Shown: positions 1 to 9,163 of the stretch, in pieces | Numbering within the stretch: the stretch's first letter is position 1 | Layout of the letters: every line of letters starts with the position of its first letter | Source: Patescibacteria group bacterium UBA1396 | Lineage (GTDB): Bacteria > Patescibacteriota > Microgenomatia > UBA1400 > UBA1396 | Assembly (NCBI GenBank): GCA_002305195.1 | Contig: DBQK01000009.1 | Location: forward strand, 18,811 to 59,574 | Reading direction: 5' to 3' | DNA length: 40,764 nt | Position numbers and translations under genes: made by a program | Notes under the pieces: model-generated | What the model was told of the DNA's origin: nothing | Databases searched by the model: none | The model's input: the letters and a program-made list of their open reading frames with translations, nothing else

Positions 1-1
1 C

Positions 2-136
2 AGAATCAGTAATATGCAGAGCTTACGGCTCACAGCTAACGGTCAAAACTTGCAAATTAAAGTTTCTAATCGAGATCTGCGCACTTATCGCAAGCTAATG
101 GCAGAGGCCAAGCCTGCTGAGGTTGCTGAAAATTAA
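2..136 (+). CDS. rpmB: 50S ribosomal protein bL28, C-terminal part (5' truncated by window)
   Basis: My translation from position 2: RISNMQSLRLTANGQNLQIKVSNRDLRTYRKLM...AEN*, resembling the L28 pattern NLQ..R....G.....KVS.R.LRT..K. Confidence 0.75.
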   Translation, partial: RISNMQSLRLTANGQNLQIKVSNRDLRTYRKLMAEAKPAEVAEN

Positions 137-154
137 TTTCAGTTCTAATTTTAA

Positions 155-580
155 TTAAAACATCTTATGTTGTTGGTACTCTTGGTTTGGGGTTGGGTCG
201 TCTTTTATTTTTTTAACAGTCAAATAAACTTTGCCCTGAACTAGGTTGATTTCCAGAGTAAAGTTGCCAATTTGCCAGAATTCACAAGCTTGAGTTTTAA
301 ACTGTTTATTCAAATAATCTTTAATGCTTGAAAAGACCATGAGGTTATCGAGATGTTTTAATAAACTATTTTCAGCCAATCCATTTTTTTGTAAAGATTT
401 TAAAATCTGTTTAATTGTAGCCGGGCCAGTTTCAGACAATGCTTGAAGCTCAGTCGGAGTTAATAGTGAAGTTCTTATCTTTTTTGGCTGACTGTCTTTT
501 ATCTCTCTTCTAGTGATTGTCGTTGTAGTTGTACCACGCTTGATAACTTCAGTTGTGGTCACTATTTCTTGTTTAGTCAT
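155..580 (-). CDS. hypothetical protein
   Basis: 141 aa ORF, ATG preceded by GGGGA; no recognised motif. Confidence 0.6.
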   Translation of the reverse strand: MTKQEIVTTTEVIKRGTTTTTITRREIKDSQPKKIRTSLLTPTELQALSETGPATIKQILKSLQKNGLAENSLLKHLDNLMVFSSIKDYLNKQFKTQACEFWQIGNFTLEINLVQGKVYLTVKKIKDDPTPNQEYQQHKMF

Positions 581-596
581 AAAAATCCCCTTATCT

Positions 597-1760
597 TTAT
601 ATTATATTTACCTTTTTTGGTAACTCGCCATCGGCTTGAATAGATTCAATTTGCCAATAGGGCGCCTGGGTTTGTTGATTTGTTTGCAAACTAGCTTGCA
701 AAATTTTCACTCTTACTTGAGATCGGTTTTTGTATTTGGGCAAGATGGTCCAAACTCCTGGCCAAGGAGTAAAAGCTCTCAAGGCGCGATCGGCCATTTG
801 AGAGGGTAGGAGGTTGGGTTGGTGGTTTAATAAGGTGGTTAACACCGACCCTAAGCGATTAAGGCTAGTATGAGATTGCTCTGAGTCGCTAGTTTTATCA
901 GAGTCTAGCTTAAATTTTGACCAATCAATTTCTTTTTCTCCGGATTGGGCTAACTCGACTAGTTTGTAAGGCAAAAATCCATCGGTTTTGCTAAGTTTTT
1001 TGGCTAAAATCAGCGGCAGGTTTTGATTACTTAAGCTGATCTGTTGTTGTGGTGTTAATTTCTGATTGTCAGCATATTCCTTTAGAATTTGCGGTAAATG
1101 TTGGCTAGCGAGATTAAAGGCTTTGTCATAGTAACTAGTTTGAGTTTCAAGTTTATCCAGCGTTAATGGTAGTTTGGCAATGATCTCACCCTGATCAAAT
1201 TTATTGTTCATTTTAATAAAACTAACCGCTGATTCAGCATTTCCATAAAGAATAGAAAACTGTCCTGGTGAACTTCCTTGGTATTGAGGCAGGTCAGAAG
1301 GGTGGATGTTAACGGGTGCTATTTGTGGTAGTTTTAGCAACCACGGTGGAACCAAATAACCAAAAGAAACTACGACTAAAAAATCGATAGGTGCTTGATT
1401 TTTTATTTTAGTTTGCAGTTGATCGATTGGTTTTTTGCCAGCCGCTGCTTTTGTGGCGGGTACAGTAAGGACCGCAATTTTATTTTGTTTTGCCCAACTC
1501 AAAAGAGCCGGCGGCTTTAATTCTTGGCGGCGGCCGGCAGGCTTAGCCGGTGGTGTAATAACCCAGGCCAATTCAAAATTGGGATGATTATGCAAAGCTT
1601 CAGCACAAAGTACCGAATAATGGCCACTGCCAGCAAACCCAACTTTAAATCTAGATTGATCATTTATTTTATGGTTAGTAATAGGACTGGATTTAACTTT
1701 TATTGAAACACCTGAACCATTATTGAATGATCTATTTGGTGAGCTTCCAAATTTAGTCAT
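597..1760 (-). CDS. fmt: methionyl-tRNA formyltransferase
   Basis: FAGS, VITPPAKPAGR, VVVSFG, NIHPSDLPQYQGSSP and RAFTPWPG motifs; follows def. ATG at 1760 with upstream GGGAG preferred over TTG at 1784. Confidence 0.93.
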   Translation of the reverse strand: MTKFGSSPNRSFNNGSGVSIKVKSSPITNHKINDQSRFKVGFAGSGHYSVLCAEALHNHPNFELAWVITPPAKPAGRRQELKPPALLSWAKQNKIAVLTVPATKAAAGKKPIDQLQTKIKNQAPIDFLVVVSFGYLVPPWLLKLPQIAPVNIHPSDLPQYQGSSPGQFSILYGNAESAVSFIKMNNKFDQGEIIAKLPLTLDKLETQTSYYDKAFNLASQHLPQILKEYADNQKLTPQQQISLSNQNLPLILAKKLSKTDGFLPYKLVELAQSGEKEIDWSKFKLDSDKTSDSEQSHTSLNRLGSVLTTLLNHQPNLLPSQMADRALRAFTPWPGVWTILPKYKNRSQVRVKILQASLQTNQQTQAPYWQIESIQADGELPKKVNII

Positions 1761-1774
1761 TAATTGCTCCCAAT

Positions 1775-2368
1775 TTAGCTCCAAGCCTTAACTACCATTG
1801 GATCCACTGGCAGTAAATCATTTTTTTCTTGTCGAAATAATGGTTGCCCTTGTTTTAAGGTGTAATCGGTAAACAGAATGCCGTTTAGATGGTCAAGTTC
1901 GTGCTGCATAACTCTACCAGGAAAATCATAAAAAGTTTCTTGTTTGGGATCAGAAAATTGAATATCATCTTCGCCAGGATTAAGTACTTCCACAAACTCC
2001 ATCGTGACCCACTCCGGCCTGGCAACGGGACCATATAGTTCTGGTATGGATAAACAACCTTCCAGATCAGGACTTTTTCGATCTGGTCCAACCGATAAAA
2101 CATCTGATAAATCAACAATAACTGGATTAACAAATATCCTGGCTAGAGGATGAGTGGAGGCAGGTGTTTCTAAGTAGGTAGCAAAGGCTCGATAAGAAAG
2201 ATCAATTTGCGGCAGAGCCAAACCAGCCGCTGCCGGTTTTTCTTGAGCGACTAACGTTTGTTGCAGCGATCGCAAGAATTGTTTAACTGACTTATCTAAC
2301 TCGTCAATCACTTTGGCTTTTAAACGCAAGGTCTTATGTGGTGCCGTAATAATCTTTTTCTTACTCAT
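1775..2368 (-). CDS. def: peptide deformylase
   Basis: GLALPQI, EGCLS and QHELDHLNG motifs. Confidence 0.97.
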   Translation of the reverse strand: MSKKKIITAPHKTLRLKAKVIDELDKSVKQFLRSLQQTLVAQEKPAAAGLALPQIDLSYRAFATYLETPASTHPLARIFVNPVIVDLSDVLSVGPDRKSPDLEGCLSIPELYGPVARPEWVTMEFVEVLNPGEDDIQFSDPKQETFYDFPGRVMQHELDHLNGILFTDYTLKQGQPLFRQEKNDLLPVDPMVVKAWS

Positions 2369-2443
2369 AACAAATGTATTGTACCGCAGGTTGATTAATA
2401 ATGATTGATAGCGCCAACTTTTTTACTAATGAATGATGTGTCA

Positions 2444-4786
2444 TTAATTGCTAGATTCATCGGTGTTTGTCAATTTGGCTTCTAGGCTGGCAATTTCATC
2501 GCTAAATAATGGCTCGGTAGGACGCAGATAATTGTCGATATATTTGTATTCTGAGATAGCTGGGGCATATTCTTTTTGTCGAGTCAAAAACTCGGCGTAG
2601 TTTTTTCTAGCTTGTTCATAATTTGGTTTTAACTCGATAGCTTTTTGATAATATTTTTTTGCTGATTCCAAATCATCAACAGTCTCAGAAAGTAAGGCTA
2701 GGTTATAAACAATCTTGGCATCAGAAGGAGCCAACTGTTGCGCCTGTTCAAGTGCGTTTATGGCTTGTTGATAATAGTCTGGTTCAAAAATTGCCAGCCA
2801 AATAAAAACACGCGCTCGAGACTTCCAGATATTCAGGTGGACTGGATTTTTATTGGTGGCTTGATCAATGCTGGTGTGAGCTTGCTGAGCCAGATAGGCA
2901 GCGGCAGTAGCTTCGTTTTCTGTTTGGGCACTGGCCGCCAACTGAGCCTGGGTTAAGGCTAGTTGTTCCCAGTACTCGGCTTGATTAGGCGCTCTAGAGG
3001 TTAGGGTAGTTAATGTTTGGTATGCCGATAAGCCAAGCCCCTGTTGTAGAGATTGCTTTGCCTGTGACATAAGACGGTCATTGTGCCAGGTTCCCCAAAC
3101 TTGAGCTAATAACATTAAGCTAACCATGCTAGCAGTGGCAATAGTCAGCCACTGACTTTCAGACAACTTTAACTTATTAGTGTTGATGACAGATTTATTT
3201 TGCGTTGCGCGACTGACTCTTGATTTAGTGGCTGATGGGGACGAATTTGATAAGGATTTATTATGGCTGGCGCTGGCCACTTGGGCCAGCGCCAGCCAGA
3301 CCCAACTAAGTAAACCCACCACAACGGTGGAGAAGCCAAAAAAGTTTGAGATCTGAAGACCAACAAAGCCACTAGCCAAAGCCAAATAAAATGTGGAATT
3401 AGTGAAATCACCGGTTTGTTTATTGGCTAATATTTGAGAAAAAGAGTACTTCAAAAATAAAAAGATAACCGCAAGATAACTCAGCAAACCAACAACGCCA
3501 CTGTTAGCTAAAATATTTAGAAATTCATTGTGGGCTTTGTTATACAGAAAGTCCCACTCCGAGACTAAATTATGTTCTACCGGTCGATCGCGATAATAAC
3601 TGTACGCAAAAGTTTCCAAGCCACTTCCTAGTAGAGGGTAGCGTTGCCAAACATCTAAAGCACCTTGCCACACAATGGCACGAATTTTGCCGGAGTCAGT
3701 TCCACCTGACTCTAATACCGTACCAGACACCGGCTCAGGTGGAGTAGATGGGACAGAGGACTGATTGACACTTGCTTGCTCACCAGTTGTTTCAGCGGTA
3801 GTTGATGTTGACAATGCTTGTCGCCACTTAAATACCGAACCTGTAAATGGGGAACCCACCAAAACAATTAAAATTAAACCAACCAGACCGCCAATTATTG
3901 TGTTTACCAAAGCACCTCTAGTTAAGGATTTGTGAGAGTTAGATCGAGAAACAATTAATGAACCAACAAGCAATAAAACCCAAGCCACACCAGCACCTAA
4001 TAAACCTGACCGAGAACCGGTGAACAGCAAGGTTAACCAAAGCAAACTAACAAAACCAAGCAGTATAAGCCACATTTGATTAGTGAATTGAAAAACTGTT
4101 TCCCAAAACATAATTTTGAGGTTTTTAACGCTGAGGTTATTTGTCTGTTTAACTTTGATTGAAACCGATAACTTTTTTCGCCAAACAGAAATCATTTGCC
4201 ACCAAGCCAAGGGCAAGATCATTATTAAGTAAGCTGCCAACCAGTTTGGTTGTCCGAAAGTACCAAAGATTCGCCATTTTGGATTAGTGCTTTCAGACCA
4301 GCATTCAGTGGTGAATTCACCAGTAAGCAGCGCGCAACTTGGCGACACTCCGCCTTTTTCTGGTAGAGCGTAAGCTATCGACAACCCAGCTCCAAGCAAC
4401 AACGAGAAAATAATTTTTGGCAAATCTTGTCGATTTGAATTACTAATAAATGCCCAAAAAAGAAAGAGATAGGCCAAAGTCGAAAGCAAGCCGCCATGAA
4501 ATCGCGAGTAGTAGCCAAAAAAACTGGTGTGAGGATGGATCGAAAAAATTGTGGAGAGCATTTGACTGATTAGGAAAAATAGAATAACCAACCCAAACGG
4601 AGATTTGCTGATAATTAGTCGTTTTTCTTTTATTATTCGCCAAAACCAAACCATGCCGATCAGGATGCTGAAGGCGTAAACCGTCATCATTTTATTAAAC
4701 TCAAATAATTCATCGGTGCTGGACGACCAGATAAGTGGCAAAATAATAAACAAGATTTGAAACAGTCGAACAATAGTGGTTCGCAT
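2444..4786 (-). CDS. O-antigen ligase/Wzy_C-like polytopic membrane protein with C-terminal TPR repeats
   Basis: Many TM segments; RIFGTFGQPNWLAAYL, TGSRSG, R..VW..ALDVW..YPLLGSG and AHNEFLNILANSG motifs; TPR-like C-terminus. Confidence 0.85.
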   Translation of the reverse strand: MRTTIVRLFQILFIILPLIWSSSTDELFEFNKMMTVYAFSILIGMVWFWRIIKEKRLIISKSPFGLVILFFLISQMLSTIFSIHPHTSFFGYYSRFHGGLLSTLAYLFLFWAFISNSNRQDLPKIIFSLLLGAGLSIAYALPEKGGVSPSCALLTGEFTTECWSESTNPKWRIFGTFGQPNWLAAYLIMILPLAWWQMISVWRKKLSVSIKVKQTNNLSVKNLKIMFWETVFQFTNQMWLILLGFVSLLWLTLLFTGSRSGLLGAGVAWVLLLVGSLIVSRSNSHKSLTRGALVNTIIGGLVGLILIVLVGSPFTGSVFKWRQALSTSTTAETTGEQASVNQSSVPSTPPEPVSGTVLESGGTDSGKIRAIVWQGALDVWQRYPLLGSGLETFAYSYYRDRPVEHNLVSEWDFLYNKAHNEFLNILANSGVVGLLSYLAVIFLFLKYSFSQILANKQTGDFTNSTFYLALASGFVGLQISNFFGFSTVVVGLLSWVWLALAQVASASHNKSLSNSSPSATKSRVSRATQNKSVINTNKLKLSESQWLTIATASMVSLMLLAQVWGTWHNDRLMSQAKQSLQQGLGLSAYQTLTTLTSRAPNQAEYWEQLALTQAQLAASAQTENEATAAAYLAQQAHTSIDQATNKNPVHLNIWKSRARVFIWLAIFEPDYYQQAINALEQAQQLAPSDAKIVYNLALLSETVDDLESAKKYYQKAIELKPNYEQARKNYAEFLTRQKEYAPAISEYKYIDNYLRPTEPLFSDEIASLEAKLTNTDESSN
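3264..3298. repeat. perfect intragenic GC-rich inverted repeat, 15-bp arms, 5-nt loop
   Basis: TGGCTGGCGCTGGCC-ACTTG-GGCCAGCGCCAGCCA. Confidence 0.95.
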
Positions 4787-4860
4787 ATCGGCAGAGTAGC
4801 AGATGTCAAGAAACGGTACAATGAGATTAGCACCAGTGAGATTAACACCGGTACAGCATT

Positions 4861-5919
4861 ATGAAATATTTTGTTAAACCTTCACCGCGATACTTTGTAA
4901 GTGTCGGCGGTGCCTATTTACGAGTTTGGGCAGTTGGCCGCGGCCTCCTGGCAGAGGTTCCTACCTGTGCGGTGGTAGATAAAACCACGGGCGAATTAAA
5001 GTTAATTGGCCAAGAGGCCGCGGCCCTGGAAGGCAAAGTGCCGCCGCACTTTGCCTTCATTAGACCATTTTTTGCCGATAAAATTGTGGATCGATATTTG
5101 TTGTTAGAGTTAGCTAATCATTTACTACTTCAAGCGGCTGAAGGTAGTTGGCGTCAGCGACTCTCACTATTAAGTCAATCAACCTTGATCATTCCGGAAA
5201 CTGTTTCCCAGTTACACCGTCGCTGGCTGCTTCGATCGATGCGTGACGCTGGTTGGTGGTTGATTACCGATACCCCGCTGGCTGGCGGCTTTAGCCAAAG
5301 CCGCCAGCCAGCTTCTTCCACCCAATCATTTTCGGTTAACACCAATCAATCTTTACTGGGCATATTGGATATTGGTTTTTCAGCCGCCAGATTGATTGTT
5401 GTTCTACCCAATCAAACCGTGGTGTTAGCCAATCATCAACCTGGTTTATCATTACAAGCTTTAGTAGTTCGCTTAACCGAGCAACTTTTAGCAAAGCAAA
5501 ATATCGAACTGTCACCGAGCGTGTTTTATTCACAACTGTGGTTCCAAACAAGATTTGCTTATAATCACCAGACTGATTCCTCGCAAGAGTTTACGCTATC
5601 GCCCAAGTTTTTCGGGCAAGTTTTGCAGGAATATCGTCAGGATTTGAATAGGTTCGTCCAAGAATCAATCAATACTTTATCTCCCAATCAGAGAAATGAG
5701 CTATTCAAGAATGGCTTACAAGTAGTTGGTGGTGGAGCAGATCTTTTATTTTCATCTGATTTTGACAATAATTTTGATGCCAATGCTAGCCAACCAACCA
5801 AATCCGCTACCGGCAGAGCAGCAGTGGATAAATCAACGGCAGCAGTTCCACCTTATAAATCAAGTAAAGATACTAAATACACTATTTTAAGATCCTTGGC
5901 AAAAAGTGCTGAAAAATGA
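4861..5919 (+). CDS. mreB: highly divergent MreB-like actin-fold protein
   Basis: N-terminus tracks MreB (GRGLLAEVPTCAVVDKTTGELKLIGQEAAALEGKVP...IRP...IVD); ILDIG and VVGGGA; directly upstream of mreC. Confidence 0.8.
   Translation: MKYFVKPSPRYFVSVGGAYLRVWAVGRGLLAEVPTCAVVDKTTGELKLIGQEAAALEGKVPPHFAFIRPFFADKIVDRYLLLELANHLLLQAAEGSWRQRLSLLSQSTLIIPETVSQLHRRWLLRSMRDAGWWLITDTPLAGGFSQSRQPASSTQSFSVNTNQSLLGILDIGFSAARLIVVLPNQTVVLANHQPGLSLQALVVRLTEQLLAKQNIELSPSVFYSQLWFQTRFAYNHQTDSSQEFTLSPKFFGQVLQEYRQDLNRFVQESINTLSPNQRNELFKNGLQVVGGGADLLFSSDFDNNFDANASQPTKSATGRAAVDKSTAAVPPYKSSKDTKYTILRSLAKSAEK
4936..5025. repeat. perfect intragenic GC-rich inverted repeat, 12-bp arms, 66-nt spacer
   Basis: GGCCGCGGCCTC (4936-4947) and GAGGCCGCGGCC (5014-5025). 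Confidence 0.85.
5277..5312. repeat. perfect intragenic GC-rich inverted repeat, 16-bp arms, 4-nt loop
   Basis: GCTGGCTGGCGGCTTT-AGCC-AAAGCCGCCAGCCAGC. Confidence 0.95.
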
Positions 5920-5966
5920 AGCGACAAAGCTAGCCACAACAACAGTAAATAAACGGATGAACGAAG

Positions 5967-6764
5967 ATGAGTTTACCAACCCGTACTAAACAATTATCTT
6001 TTTGGCAACAAGCCCTGGTGATGGTTGTTGGTGTTTTAGTCTTAATAGGTTTACAGATTGGTGAATTAGATCAGATATTTCGCGATAGAGTTTTTTGGAC
6101 TCTACAACCAGGTTATCAACTAGCGCAAGCGATTAATAATTGGTTTGTTAAAACCCAATCTGTTTGGACTATATATAAGGAGGGTGGCAGCAGACTGGTG
6201 TATTTAGAGAAGCAGAACCTGCAACTTCGCCAGCAAATCGTTAATCAAGAGGTGTTACGACAAGAAAATGAGCAGCTTCGCCAACAATTGGGACTGGAAC
6301 CTTCTGGCAATTATCAGGTTAAACATCTGTATGGTTTCGATCAAAATTGGTTCATTAATGGTGGAACTAATCATAACGTTCTACCAGGAGATATTATAAC
6401 GGCCGATGGCATACTAGTTGGTTTGGTTACCGAGTCTGGCGGACGAGCTAGCCGTCTAAAAACCATTGTTGATCAGGATTGGCAAATTCCAGTCAAGATC
6501 CAACCACTTGGGGTTTGGGGTCTTTTCTCAAATGCCAAAGGTTATTCCGAAGTGCTTTATGTCTCAAAAACTACAGAGTTGCAAGTCGGGCAAACGGTGG
6601 TTACTGCCGGCGATGAAGATTTGCCACCTAACATAGCAATCGGTACGATTGGTCAACTAGAGGTAAACAATGACGGTACTACCTGGAGAGTAATTATTGA
6701 TCCCTTAGTAAAAATTAATGAGATAAATTATGTCGAGGTTAGACCAGGACAACTAAATCGTTAG
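5967..6764 (+). CDS. mreC: rod shape-determining protein MreC
   Basis: N-terminal TM, coiled coil ending LRQENEQLRQQLG, INGG..H.V, GILVG, VVTAG...PPNIAIG. Confidence 0.92.
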   Translation: MSLPTRTKQLSFWQQALVMVVGVLVLIGLQIGELDQIFRDRVFWTLQPGYQLAQAINNWFVKTQSVWTIYKEGGSRLVYLEKQNLQLRQQIVNQEVLRQENEQLRQQLGLEPSGNYQVKHLYGFDQNWFINGGTNHNVLPGDIITADGILVGLVTESGGRASRLKTIVDQDWQIPVKIQPLGVWGLFSNAKGYSEVLYVSKTTELQVGQTVVTAGDEDLPPNIAIGTIGQLEVNNDGTTWRVIIDPLVKINEINYVEVRPGQLNR

Positions 6765-6770
6765 GCTACT

Positions 6771-7268
6771 ATGCTAAACAAAAATGTAATTACCAATGTT
6801 AATCGAGGGAGTAAGTTTATTACTAATTTCACTAGTGATTATCAGCGATTATGGCAGTACATCCGTAACATTTTGTTGATAGTTGGTTTGTCCGTTACCG
6901 CAGCCTGGAGTACTTTTTTTAATTTACCAATTTGGCTTTGGCTGATGATCGAAGCAGTAATGAGATATTTTCCGTTTTGGTTCCAAGCCATCGTATTTTT
7001 ATTTTTAGGTTTGCAGATTGACTTCATTTTTAAGTGGTCACTAGGAACTGGCTTAATATATTTTGGTTTATTCTGGCTTGGTTTATTGGTGAGCCGTCAA
7101 ATTGTTCAGCCCATCATCTTTGTTTGCTGGCAGATGGTGCTTATATCAATTTTCTTTTGGAGCTGGAATCATTTTCTGGTTGAAACTTCATTAACAACCT
7201 TGGTGATAATGTTTTTAGCGTATCTTGCATTTCTTCTTTTTAGAATCAAACAAGGCAAATGGCAATAA
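6771..7268 (+). CDS. MreD-like integral membrane protein
   Basis: Hydrophobic 165 aa protein between mreC and pbp2; GLQIDF echoes the MreD GLxxD motif; mostly a positional call. Confidence 0.6.
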   Translation: MLNKNVITNVNRGSKFITNFTSDYQRLWQYIRNILLIVGLSVTAAWSTFFNLPIWLWLMIEAVMRYFPFWFQAIVFLFLGLQIDFIFKWSLGTGLIYFGLFWLGLLVSRQIVQPIIFVCWQMVLISIFFWSWNHFLVETSLTTLVIMFLAYLAFLLFRIKQGKWQ

Positions 7269-9004
7269 AAAAATTAAGTTATCACCGGCAATTTTGGCAA
7301 CAACCGCAGTTTAGCTGGGCGAGCTGGCTGTGGCGCGGAATGGTTTTGTTTTTTGCTACTGTTATTAGTTTAAGACTATTTATTTTGCAATGGCAGAATA
7401 CACTGGACTATCAAGCCAGAGCCGAGCAAAATCGAACCTGGAAGGTTACTGAAAGAGCGCCTCGTGGAGAAATATTTGACCGCAACGGAGTTTTGATTGC
7501 GGGCAATGATTTAAGGTTTACCTTACTGGTTGAAAAAGATGACAAATTAGTTGAATCTCCATTACCAACCGAGCTGGCAATGGCGTATTTAGCTACACAG
7601 TCAGCTCGAGTGCGGTTAAATTACTCCCGGATCTATCCTTTTGGGCCAGTTTTGTCACATATCATCGGTTATGTTCAGTTACCCCAAACTGGTGATGATT
7701 TAGTATTCGGCCGAACAGGAGTTGAGCGAACTCGAAATGATCAGCTAATTGGCCAAGATGGCTGGCGATTATATGAACGCAACGCAAAAGGGGAGCCGGT
7801 TAGGTTATTATCTCAACGTTATTCAGAAAAAGGTCAAGATGTTAACTTGACCATAGATGCGCAATTATCTGAGGTAGCCTTCAAGGCACTGGGAAATCAC
7901 TCTGGAACCGTAATTGTCAGCAACCCGAAAAATGGTCAGATATTAAGTATGGTCAGTAAGCCTAGCTATATTCCAGTGGTTAAAAACCAAGCAGATCTTG
8001 AGCAAGCTTGGCAAGCAGAGATCGAATCGGGGCAGGTTGCTCCCTCAATTCAGGACGCCCTGGATTTTGCCAACAACCCCTTTTTATTAAGAGCCATTGG
8101 AGCAGTTTATCCACCAGGTTCAGTTTTTAAAATAGTTACGGCATTAGCCGCTCTAGAGTATGAAGCTTTAGATGAAAATACCATGGTGTTAGATGAAGGT
8201 TTTATCGAAGTTAATGATTATGAGTATGCCAATTGGTACTGGCGACAATATGGTCGAACTGAGGGTGAAATTAATTTGGTTCGTTCTATCGCCAGAAGTA
8301 ATGATATCTTTTTTTATAAGGCAGCCGAATGGGTTGGTCCTAAACGACTAGCTGAGTTTGCCAGAATTTTATCTCTGGGTACTAAGACCGGGATTAATTT
8401 ACCAGGCGAGCAAGCTGGTCTAATTCCCGATCCAGCTTGGAAGCAAGAACATTTTGGCGAGCCTTGGTACTTGGGTAATACCTATCACTTTGGTATCGGT
8501 CAAGGCGATGTGCTGGTCACTCCTATTCAAATTAATGATGTGATGGGTGCCGTGGTTAATAGAGGGAGATTGTGTTCGCCGACGATTTTTTTGGATTCAG
8601 CCGCTGTTTGTCAGGAATTATCACTGGCAGAAGAGTCTCTGACCTTAGTTAAGCAAGGGTTAAGCCAAGCCTGTTCATCGGGTGGCACGGCTTATCCTTT
8701 TTTTGATTTTGATCGTCAGGTTTGGTGTAAAACCGGAACCGCTGAATTTGGCGGTGCCGACGAACAAGGTTATCGACCAACTCACGGTTGGTTTGTGGCG
8801 GCTATTAACGATCAACCTAGAAATTTAAACACTGACACTATTGGTGAGGACTCAAGTTCTGAAATTGAATCAACAGCTGACATCGTTATTACAGTGATGG
8901 TTGAATCAGGCGAGCAACAGAAATTTGTGGAAGGTTCACAGGAAGCAGCCCCAATCGCCAGGGAAATTGCTGATTGGTGGCTTAAGAATCGGTCGCAAGA
9001 GTAG
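7259..9004 (+). CDS. mrdA: class B penicillin-binding protein 2
   Basis: APRGEIFDRNG, RIYP.G, PGSVFK (SxxK), SND, GIGQG and KTGTAE motifs. Confidence 0.93.
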   Translation: MAIKKLSYHRQFWQQPQFSWASWLWRGMVLFFATVISLRLFILQWQNTLDYQARAEQNRTWKVTERAPRGEIFDRNGVLIAGNDLRFTLLVEKDDKLVESPLPTELAMAYLATQSARVRLNYSRIYPFGPVLSHIIGYVQLPQTGDDLVFGRTGVERTRNDQLIGQDGWRLYERNAKGEPVRLLSQRYSEKGQDVNLTIDAQLSEVAFKALGNHSGTVIVSNPKNGQILSMVSKPSYIPVVKNQADLEQAWQAEIESGQVAPSIQDALDFANNPFLLRAIGAVYPPGSVFKIVTALAALEYEALDENTMVLDEGFIEVNDYEYANWYWRQYGRTEGEINLVRSIARSNDIFFYKAAEWVGPKRLAEFARILSLGTKTGINLPGEQAGLIPDPAWKQEHFGEPWYLGNTYHFGIGQGDVLVTPIQINDVMGAVVNRGRLCSPTIFLDSAAVCQELSLAEESLTLVKQGLSQACSSGGTAYPFFDFDRQVWCKTGTAEFGGADEQGYRPTHGWFVAAINDQPRNLNTDTIGEDSSSEIESTADIVITVMVESGEQQKFVEGSQEAAPIAREIADWWLKNRSQE

Positions 9005-9163
9005 TTGAGTTTGTTTAGATTGTTAGTAAATTGTTAGGTTTGTTAGGTATTCTGCTGGAGTCGAGCAAAAAAAGTTTGGTTGGCAAATTTTCCGATTCGA
9101 CAGAATATGACTACTAGTGCTGTATCGAACCTTATTTTATATTTATACATCAATTATTTTACG

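Noticed and set aside
9010-9048. TTGTTAG repeated three times after pbp2
   Set aside because: Too short and low in complexity; not a CRISPR array or iteron set.
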